Shown here: positions 50,151 to 60,000 of the stretch, piece by piece | Layout of the letters: the number at the start of each line of letters is the position of its first letter | Position numbering within the stretch: the first letter of the stretch is position 1 | Assembly: GCA_965235115.1 (NCBI GenBank) | Contig: OZ249436.1 | Location: 36,334,001 to 36,394,000 of the forward strand | Length of the DNA stretch: 60,000 bases | DNA from: Laetmonice hystrix | Taxonomy: Eukaryota | Direction of reading: 5' to 3' | Translations under genes and position numbers: made by a program | The notes under the pieces: model-generated | Seen by the model: the letters and a program-made list of their open reading frames with translations, nothing else | What the model was told of the DNA's origin: nothing | The model's database searches: none

Positions 50151-51388
50151 ATTATGGTATAGGAAACTTTGTTTGAAAGAAAGGCAACCGCGGAAGATGC
50201 ACCTTTTGCTTGGATTCAGTGAAGCAGTACATTGTCATGGACGGATAAATTAATAAACAGACCCCAAGGACTCGAGATTGATCAGGTGAGCATGATGTAT
50301 CGCCATGGTTCCCTTCGATCGATTTGTAATACACAGTCCGACCTCGCTATCCTGAACAAACTTGTCCATATGAGACGTTGAAGGGCGAATTAAAAACCCC
50401 ATGTTTCAACAGAGTTGAAAGATGTAACGTGAAATGTAACAGTCTACGCGATTTCCATTTTTCCTCCTGCAAAATCCAGAGAATGTATGAATGCCTATTC
50501 ACGTTCAATAGTAACCATGGACTTATGGTTACCGTTTATCCTTTGAAAATATTAATGATGCCATTATGATGTCATACGTCATGCTACGTCATGAATCTCC
50601 TTTCTGAATAAATAACTTCATTTTGGTCACGACGAGACTTCAATCTTGACCTCAACTTTCGTGACCGCGATGGGGCCTCAACTTTACACATGCTCTTTTA
50701 ATTGACACCAACATTTGTGATGTAGCCTGACGTCATACGTCATAATGACGTCATTAGCACATTCTAAGGCTTATAGGTAGCAAAGTGTGCAAGACAGAGA
50801 CATAGTTAGTAGTGAACATAAATAGGAAGCCAGACATATAGTGAACCGTACTCAGAACATGTCAGGCGGGGCACCCGGGGGATGGGATATACATGTGTAT
50901 TGTGGTATCACCACAACGCGTCTAATTATTTTTATGAAGCTACATTTCTATATACCAGTATGTGTATACTAAAGATCCTGCGCCTTGGTATAAATTGGCC
51001 TTAACCATAGGATTCAATGGATAAAATGGGCCTAAAAGATACATAAAAAATAATAATAAAAAACTGGGAGTCACCGAAGAAATAAAAAAGTTTGGTAAAC
51101 TGTATATACTACAGTTTGGTTTGGTCTTACTATAGGATTCAGTGAGGGAAACGGCCTTTCCAGTTGGGCAAATACAAAAAAAACCGCGAGTGATTTTAAC
51201 ATGAATGGCGGCCTATACATAAAATAGACTGTTAGTAATAGTTTAGAGGAAAATAATAAGGGGGGGGGTTACCCATCAATTTTAAAGGTTACAGCCTGGT
51301 AAAAATTCAGCGCCATGCTGGACATGGTAATGTGGTAACAACGCGTGGCACTGGGTGGCATTCTGCACACGCCCAGTTTCCCTTTAAA

Positions 51389-52437
51389 GCCCCTGTCCCA
51401 TATACTGCCGTTTAACGATTCCGTCTGCCTCCGTCTAAATATTTACGTCAGACGGCCATGAACGGTAGATAGAAAAGCATAAGTAACGTCTAAATAATTA
51501 TGTCTGGGAAACGTCTGCTTAAGTATGAGTAACGTCTTCATTCAGCCCAGCTTACGGAACATCGAACGCCTGATTACCGTCTGCTTAAGTATGAGTAACG
51601 AACAAAACGGCTGAAAAACGTCTGAAATACGTCTATCACCATTCAGTTTCCGTCTTAAAAAAGGGCAAACTCCGCCCATCGCCTCCTCACAACAGTCGTA
51701 GCTCGTGGACAGTCCATATCGATCGTTCTGTGGGCCGAGAAGGCCCAGCCTGTTTTTTTGTTTACTTTTCCACCGTGAGCAAGGGTGAGCTGAGCTGAGC
51801 AAGGGTGAGCATGAGCTCATTCTCACTGTTTTCGTGTTTTTTAAGTTGTTTTTCTTTTCATGAGGCGTGCTCATGGTGAGCAAGCTCACGAAAAAACACC
51901 CCAAAAAAACGAAAAATGAAATTTCATTTTTTTCCCATTATTTTAAAAAGTATTGTTGTGAGAAGTTTTAGGTACGCAGGACCCAAGCTTTTTCAGCTGG
52001 ATGTCCGTTTCTGCCCGTCTGGCCGTTGCCAAGGCGTTTCTCGCACTTATCTCTAACTTTTTGTATGCGTTTTGACTGTTATTCAGACGTGATTAGACGT
52101 TGATAGACGTTCCTCAATCCGTATCCATCCGTTTTTACCGTTGCGAGGACTGTCTTTGGCCTGAGATCAGGCGCTCATGTATTCGTTACGTGACTGTTTC
52201 TTGGCTAAAACGGCAAAACACCACCAGAGTAACATATGAGAACCGCCAATCGCGATCGGAAGCTGGCCGTTTCAAACTTTGAACATGTCCAAAGTTTAAA
52301 ACGGCTAGCGCCGTCTGTCAACGTAGATACGTCTGAAAACCAGCTGAAACCCGAATTAAAAACGAATGACAACGTCCAATAAACGTACGCCTTCGTTTTT
52401 CAGACGGAATCGTTAAACGGCACAGTGGGACAGTGGC
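51389..52437. mobile_element. Non-autonomous Harbinger-like element (~1.05 kb)
   Basis: gcccctgtccca..tgccgtttaacgattccgtctg inverted at cagacggaatcgttaaacggcacagtgggacagtggc. Many aacgtct/agacg subterminal motifs. Confidence 0.8.
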
Positions 52438-54506
52438 GCGTAGTCAGAGGTTGCAGTATAATAACCAATCGGGAATCCCGAGGTCATTTCTGGTCGAAAG
52501 TAACCTCGGGTGAAATCAGTGTCATTTCGAGCATTGCATGGCGGGTACATTGAGTCGGGACTCTGGCCATCATGGCAGTGCTTGCAGTATTTTGTCTGCA
52601 TCAGGCATGGCAGCAACTAAAATAGGCCTCTATAGTGCTCTTCCCAAAGCCATTGAGCAATATTGCGATAGTATCATGTTCATGATGCAAGTAGCCCTAC
52701 CATGTGTCGTGTTGTTGTCGTTTATGGGCGGGGCCATATTGCTTTCCATAATTTGATAACGATAAAATTTGATACAATTACGCCGATTTAGGTAAATTAG
52801 GTGATTCATTTTTCTTCTTCAAACGTTCCCCTTCATACCAGAAATTTATATTTGCAAATACGACGCCGAAGGAGCAGGTTTCAATAATGCACTACTTCCT
52901 GGCTCGACTGGATATGACGGTTCACTCACTGCCTCGCTACACGGGTCCATCTCATCATGTATTTTGGACGTGCTCCCATGCATAGATCTATAATTAGCCT
53001 TAAGTAAAAAGTAAGAATAGTCGAAATTAATATTAAGCAAATACCAATAAATTGATTTTTATGGATTTGACACATTGACTTTGTCTTGCTTATTTGCAGT
53101 TGGAAAAAAGTTACAAAAACGTATAAAAGTGCGCTGCTCGTTTCTGTTTTGGAGTCATGACATATCTAGTTTTATGATAAAAAAAAGACTCCAAGATGTA
53201 AAAAAATTTCCATGTCTGCAAATTGCAATTTGCTCTCAAGTTGGAGAATCGCCCATACGCCGCTCAGAAAACCCCGCGTTCAGTGTATTTTAGATTGCCG
53301 CCCGCGCCCTGTGTGTTTCGCCCTTTAGACATGTGGAAATGTATCTATACTGTTTTTATCAACGATATGTTTTCTCTTTGCGGATTTCAGAGTCAGGCAC
53401 ACATTTTCCGGGGCGTTGTCACAGGTGAACTCACATGGAGGACACGGCTGCAATACTACAAGTCGCACAATGGTCCATCCGTACCCACTACACATACACG
53501 GACGCCAATATGCAATATGTTTACTAATGGTCAATAAATGATTGTTTATTACTTACGAAGATATTTCATAGGGCCTACTTATGCTTTATCTTGCCCCGAG
53601 TCACCCAATATAACCCTAGCGCCGCCACTGATATCATGAATTAAATGGTTAGATCAATATACATATTACGACGCCCCAATGATTACGATGACCTCATGCA
53701 GATACCCCCAAAAAAATGTCAGCATTTTGCGGGATTCCCGTTAGTGTTAACCTGCACCTCCCGAGGTACAGGTTAAAAACATACCAAAATAGCCCGAGTC
53801 GAGTGGCTAACGTGTGGCGGTTCCCGCTAGACTGTGCGCTTTGCAACACTAGGTCCTGCGCGACAATTTCCACTAAAGGCTATGCAACACTTTGGCCCGC
53901 TAGGGTACCCGTTAGACACTTAACGGGAACCCGTACACATAGCGGCTTTTTATGCAACGGCCCCCAGGCAGCGCCAGCGGGACCCGCGGTGGAGCTGCTC
54001 ACTGAGGTGACTGAGGTCGCTGACAATTGTGTCGGCCCCGTTGCATATTCAAGAACCGGCCGATAAGGATCGTTAAAATGTTCGAAAGTGCTGCACATGA
54101 CAGATTCAGCAGGACTAAAATCAGAGTGCATAAGAAAGAGGACGCATATAGTGGTCCGTAAAGGCGTTGCACAAAGTAGCGCTCCGCAAACGATCGCTAA
54201 ACCGCCTAGTTGCCAAAATGGTCGCTAGAGGCGCCCACCAAAAGGGTGCGCGCTGAGGGCAGGAAGAGTGGAGTGTGTCTCATCTACTTGGAGCCTACAC
54301 GAGTGACATATGGGGTATACACATGTATGTTGTATTTATGGGTCGAAAATCTTTGTAGCGTGTATAATTCAAGTCCAGACTCTGAAGTAACTAAGAAAGG
54401 GGGATCAATTTATAGCAAAATTGGGGAGAAGCTGAGAAATTAGGTGATAACAAAAATAATGCTGTTAATGGATGTTTGAAATTTCTGCTTTCATACAAAT
54501 CGTTTG

Positions 54507-54654
54507 CTGGGGCGGATCCAGGGGGTGGGGGCGCACCCCCCCCCCTTCATTGAAAATGTGGCTTGCACCCATACTTTGCAGCGCACAGTTCACCTCTCAG
54601 ACCCCCCCCCCCCTTCACCCCACGCCCCCTTCCAAAATCCTGAATCCGCCCCTG
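54507..54654. mobile_element. hAT-like MITE, 5-bp TSD family
   Basis: gtttg|ctggggcggatccagg ... cctgaatccgcccctg|ctttg. Confidence 0.8.
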
Positions 54655-55003
54655 CTTTGTTCATTGAGAACAAAGGAAAACATGGAGCTAACAAGGCTAA
54701 AGCTGGCCACACAGATGATTGTGAACAGAAAGCTGTTTGGGTGATCGTGTATGTGTGAGTGTTTGCTCAAACGAGGGCTTGTAACACCTTCAGAACCTGT
54801 CCGCCGCTAGCCATTGTGCCATTGTCTCAACTTGATTGACAGATCTGTAACAACCCACTTTGAAAAAATTACGCACTTTAAAAAATATTTTCCAAATGCG
54901 TTAAATGTTGGACCACCTCAACGCACTTTAAAAATTGTTTTCAAAGTGCCTTAAGATTTGGGTCCACCTCAACGCACTTGGAGCCACTAGATCACCGAGC
55001 CTG

Positions 55004-55160
55004 GGGCCCGTCTCACTAAAGGCTGGTTAATAACCAGATCGTTAAATTAACATAGCAGTGAATGGAAGGCTGCTGGTTATACAGTAACCAGCAGCCTTCC
55101 ATTCACTCCTATGTTAACTTAACGATCTGGTTATTAACCAGCCTTTAGTGAGACGGGTCC
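55004..55160. mobile_element. Near-perfect hairpin MITE (Harbinger-like), CTG TSD
   Basis: ctg|gggcccgtctcactaaaggctggttaataaccagatcgttaa ... ttaacgatctggttattaaccagcctttagtgagacgggtcc|ctg. Confidence 0.93.
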
Positions 55161-55532
55161 CTGTCCTACAAGCACAAGAGTTTGACTTATTTATTTAATG
55201 GCAGGAGTGAACAACTTAACTTCAAAATCAAGTAACGGAACAAGTACACCAACTTTCAACGAAATTCCAAATATGGTCGATGTAATGACCGACCATCTAA
55301 CGCGGGCTAGGTCTCTTCTTGAAACCTACTCAGGACGTGCTATTATTATTTGCCAACAAATCGGGCTCAACATAGACATATACAATGTGCACCGTGGCCA
55401 CACGACCAATGGCGATGCTGGCCAGGAAATTATAAACGAGGGCATTGTCATCCTGAACCAAGTGATGACCATGATTAATAGAGACGCCCAACTGACTACA
55501 CCTTGGACTGTGGACACAGTGCACAGCTTAAA

Positions 55533-56775
55533 GGGGCTGTCACACCATAACGTTCTTGCCTTAACGACCTTATTTCGTTCTTGAATAATTTTTCCTGACC
55601 AGAACGTTTCAGAACGTTGTCGAAATTCTCCTTCGCCCCTGAACTGGCCAATCTGATGGCGTCCCGATATAGTTCTACTACAGTCCTTCCACCGTTTCCT
55701 ACGTCTTTCCTCCGTCCCATTGCCGCCCACTATAAGTTTTTACTGCGTTCTACAACGTTCTTCCGACGTTCTTCCTCCGCTCTTTACGGCCTTCCCCCGC
55801 CCGTCCTCCGACCACGTAGCGTTCTCTGCGTCCGCCTAGCGGCCATTTTGCGTTCACGTGACAATTGGTATAGAAAGGTCGCGGAACGCAGCATCTCGAT
55901 TATTCCGTCGACTTCATTCAAGCAGACAACATATCCAAAATGCCCAAAGGTGTCTGCAAAGGGGGGGGAGGGGAAAGGGAATAAGGGGAAAAGGAAAGAG
56001 CACAAAAGCAGCATGTGGCCGGGGCCACCATCTTCGCCGTTGTCCCCGTCTCCATCTCTGTCGTCCCTGGATGTAATGGTAGATCGCAAGGTTGTTCTGG
56101 TCAACTTCATTCTGTAGAACAGCTAGCATATATAATGACGGTGGACTACTTCTGGTTCTTACATCTCGGATGAGCTGCTGTAGTCAAGTGAGGAACTGCT
56201 CCGAATAGTCTTTTTATATAACAAAGTTTGAGCGGGAACAGAACTGTACAAGATCTGTACTCGGTCGTTAATGAACTGTACTCAAACTGTACTGGAGCGT
56301 TGAGGTCGGCAGAAGGACGGAAGAGAAATTTCTAGAACGGTGAGTGAACGCAGATGAAAGGTGACATGGCGCGACAAGAACGGTACATGTACTGTAGGAG
56401 GACGATGTGGGGACGCTATATGGCCGTTTTATCAAGAGAACGGAGGGTCGACTGTGAACAAACTTTACGTGGTCGGTACAAAGGCGCTATGAATCCGCAG
56501 GGACAACGGGGGCACCAGCTTTCACCGACCTCCACAGTCCATAGCGTCCACACACCGCTCACAGGACGTTCTGCCAAGAACTTTTAAGAACGTTGTAAAT
56601 CCATGTCAAAAAGTCTCACGGTCCCCCAACGTTCCCCGACGGCCACCCACGTCCTACAACGGTCTGATACGTTCGTCTAGCGCTTTTCCTCCGACCTCAC
56701 CGTTCTTCTGCGTTCTGTCACTTTTTAAAGAACGTTGCGAGAACTTTTTCGAGAACGTTATGGTGTGACAGCACC
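55533..56775. mobile_element. Non-autonomous Harbinger-like element (~1.24 kb) inserted in the LINE ORF1
   Basis: ggggctgtcacaccataacgttct ... agaacgttatggtgtgacagcacc, in TAA-like flanks. Repeated aacgttct subterminal motifs. Confidence 0.88.
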
Positions 56776-57123
56776 TAATGGACGTAGGGTTTCAGTCGGT
56801 TCTATGATGGCCTGCATCCAAATGACTCTACAACAGAGAAACCTTGGGCTAAACTTATTATTAAGGCTGCCAAAACAAACCAGAAATTGCAGATACACCG
56901 GTAGGCATGCTGAATGTCAGTGGCGATCCACGCGCTTATAGCTCTCGTTGGGGGAATGTGGACACGTGGATACACCGCTTGCTGCTGTGCATCAATGCAG
57001 TCAGTACTCGTTAGTCCTCGTATCTCCTTAGGCCGTATACCTCGGAGTCCGTATAATCCGTATGCTTCACAATCACAACACCTTTTGACGGGCGCCGGGT
57101 TGCTCGGTTAAACGAGGGTTTAT

Positions 57124-57216
57124 CAGTGGCGTACCCAGAAACTGGACCCAGGGGGGTGCGGGAAATTGCTTGAGCACCCCCCCCCCTCCCCCCCCCCCCA
57201 CCTGGGTACGCTACTG
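57124..57216. mobile_element. Tiny hAT-like MITE, 5-bp TSD family
   Basis: tttat|cagtggcgtacccag ... ctgggtacgctactg|tttac. Confidence 0.8.
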
Positions 57217-59780
57217 TTTACTCTATACCTTCTCTATACTATACCTACTCTATACTCTACTTGCCGGCTGCACTTGACACTATGCCGGCTGTAAAACTAA
57301 TTCTACTCATCTCTTGCATCATGGTTTTCATTGATGTTGGATGTTGGTCGTTCCTTCTTACAAGTCACCGCATCTACTGTACTGAAACTTTCACATACTA
57401 TGAATGAAGAGTCTACTTTCAGTGCTAGGGGTCAACATTTTACTCATCTAAATGTACGAAGTCTTTGGTCCAACTACGATTTATTAAAACAGTTCTTAAC
57501 TAATAGTGGTATCTGCTCTGCAACGTTGTCTGAAACCTAGTTAACTGATAAGTACCCTACCTCACTATTAGATATACCTGACTACAGATATAGACTGGAC
57601 CGAATCACCAACAAGACTGGAGCTGGACTCGGTGCTTACATTGAAACACAATATACTGTATCTGACACGGAACTGGCCCATCCTAATACGCTGATATAGA
57701 ACTACAATGATTAATTATTAAACCAAAAAAAACTCAAAAACCAAGTAGTCATAAATATCTACCGCCCGCCTAAGGGCAATCAAATAAACCTTATAAATCA
57801 TTTAAAATCCACCTTAGACCAGTTGGCTGATTATAAATCGAATGAATTATAGGTCACCTCAACATTGACCTGAATAAGAAAAATGGTGCAAACGTATTAA
57901 ACCTGAAGGCCCCGACTACTACCTCCGGCCTAACACAGTACACATCACGCTTACTAGAAGTACACAAAGTTCAGCGTCCGTTATAGACCATATTTATACA
58001 AATTCTGACAAAATCGCAAATTATGGAGTGTATAATGTAAACATTAGTGACCGTGACATTGTATATATCACGCGTAAACATATTTCACCACCTAAATGCC
58101 CCACACAGTTTATTGGGCGCACATATCGACATTATGACTCAGAACAATTCAGATATTTCCTTGCACATGAAGACTGGACAAATGTTATCGATAAAAACAA
58201 CGCAGACAAGTTTTGGGAAATCATGCTCAAAATATCTTATTCCATATTAATCAGATGTGCCCGCAGAAAACATTTAATATTAGAAAGTTGAAAGACCCTT
58301 GGATCTCAAATGAAATCATGGAAATGATCATAGATAAGGATGCTCTGTTACGGGAAGCTAAAAAGACAAACGATATAGACGACTTGAGAACAGCACGACA
58401 TGTAAAAAAAAAACGAAACGGATAATGCGCCGAGATTTTAGAAAACTATTAAATCGATTCTAACCAATGGCAGAGCAAATAATGATTCACTTACTTAACC
58501 AAGATACTGGACATGAAATACCTGAAGATGAAATACCACAATATTATAAATGACTACTTTAGCACAATTGGAGCCAACTTATCCAGTAAATTTAACCAGA
58601 AGTGGAACAATACATGTCATATATACCCTAAACAATTTCAACTAAGGATTTGTACCACTGAACCTGTTCTAAACGTAATAAACACAGACGTCACTATATC
58701 ATCTGTAAACGACAACTTATCATGTCGAATTCTCAAGGATGCTTTCATACGCCTGAAGGAATCCCGAGGGAATATCGAGTGAGACAGAACGTTGACCTCC
58801 GTCTGACGATAAACAATGCCAATAGGAATGTCAACATCTCAAAAAAGTATCTATAGAGACTTGAAAAGATTTTCTTTGACGTCTAATCCACTTATCAGAG
58901 GTATCAAGCGGAGATCTGCTTTTAAACAAGCCAGAAACTGCTTGTCTTTCACCTTTGTCGGTGTGTCAGCCGTCGCCATTTTGATCACGTTGTGTCACGT
59001 GATAAAAGAAGCTCCAACATGGTGACGACCGTGCGAGGGCCGAGAGGATCTGGCCCGAACAGTCCCGAGGTTGGCCGAATGGGTAGGGGTATCATTGTTG
59101 CCTTTCCTTGCGCTTGTAAGTTAGAGATGTACTTGTGTGGGCCTGTGTGAATAGCTTTGGGTTCATTTTGGTTTTATTGCTACAAAGCTAATAATGTGTC
59201 CGTTTAAGAAGTTTGTAATGGGGCCGATAAGTGTGTTTTAAACCCCAGTTTTTTGTTGTCTGCCTCGATTCCAGATACGCATATGGCCCATAATCGTATA
59301 TGAAGAAGTTATACATTTTAAGTTCATTTTCGTCCATTTTGTTTGTCGCAACAGGGACTTAGGACATCAGGATTTCTCGCCCCGGGGGGGGGAGCGGTCG
59401 ACGATGTTGCGGACAAAGCCCCACATTAGAAGCGCTGAAGACGTGCATAAATATCGACCTAGGCCTATAACTTTGTTATGCTTGTCCCATTACTCGATAA
59501 TGACAGAATATTTCCCCATAATTTTATTACCGAAATGTCAAGGAAAAGCCAAGGATTTAGGCCTTTGTCTCAAGTTATTTCTACAGGATACATAGGCCTA
59601 TATTGCACAGGTCAATTTTGTGTATTTACTTATTATTATTTCTACTGGATAAAGATAATATTTCCAGTACAAGTTGCCATGTAGGCCCTATTTATCTCTG
59701 CCCGCTAAAAGAAACCCACTCGATTGATGCATAACTTGCCGATGACAAACTAGCTGTTATGGATTCTAGGCTTAATTTGC

Positions 59781-60000
59781 CCGGAACTTTCAGACCACCT
59801 GGCCGGCCCTTCTGGCACGTTACATGTAGTTTAGGTTTGTGGGTTTACTTATTAATTCTACGGAATAAAGTTAGCATTGCCAGCTCCCTTGTATATGTCC
59901 GCCAGGAAACCCACTGCACTGTTCCCATTTTAACCGGAACTTTCAGACCACTGGCCCTTGTGGCACGGAACTTTCAGAACACTGGCCCTTGTGGCACGGT
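59781..60000. repeat. Start of a ~31-bp tandem repeat running off the window end
   Basis: cggaactttcagaccactggcccttgtggca occurs twice at 59935-59997, with a diverged copy at 59781. Confidence 0.75.

Larger units (their letters stand above)
54980..58760 (+). mobile_element. Decayed CR1/L2-group LINE: SGNH-esterase ORF1 (split by insertions) plus APE-endonuclease part of ORF2, truncated before RT
   Basis: ORF1: LIYLMAGVNNLT (block III) ... TPWTVDTVHS [insertion] NGRRV/SRFYDGLHP (block V, 56806-56820). ORF2: HLNVRSL, LSET*L, RLDR..KTGAGLGAYI, NIYRPP, VIDHIYTN, ISD, KDPWISNEI, INDYFSTIG. Confidence 0.85.

Overview
Intron-containing animal (invertebrate bilaterian-type) genomic DNA, rich in transposon relics. 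Three protein-coding genes can be supported. (1) A Tob/BTG antiproliferative gene on the minus strand (single coding exon 8773-10119), with a probable ~5.8 kb 5'-UTR intron and ~2.7 kb 3' UTR. (2) A five-exon plus-strand gene largely missed by the ORF track (32344-38953), encoding a 173-aa secretory saposin-B/Canopy-like protein ending in the ER-retention signal RDEL. (3) A seven-exon minus-strand gene (41959-49226) encoding a type II membrane GT49 glucuronyltransferase that resembles only the C-terminal half of LARGE. Most of the remainder is decayed LINEs (L1/Tx1-like, CR1/L2-like, one with an SGNH-esterase ORF1) and many non-autonomous DNA transposons, often nested: Academ-like with 3-bp TSD, AcademH-like with 9-bp TSD, Harbinger-like, Kolobok-like, pogo-like and 5-bp-TSD hAT-like. 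There are also several minisatellite arrays. No CRISPR array, tRNA or rRNA was found. I could not demonstrate a wholly new biological system. The best leads are the ER saposin-like gene with its promoter minisatellite and intronic 700-bp foldback, the stand-alone GT49 enzyme, and a CTCF-motif cluster between the two convergent genes. Gene models were assembled by eye from splice signals, phase consistency and remembered family motifs, with no database searches.
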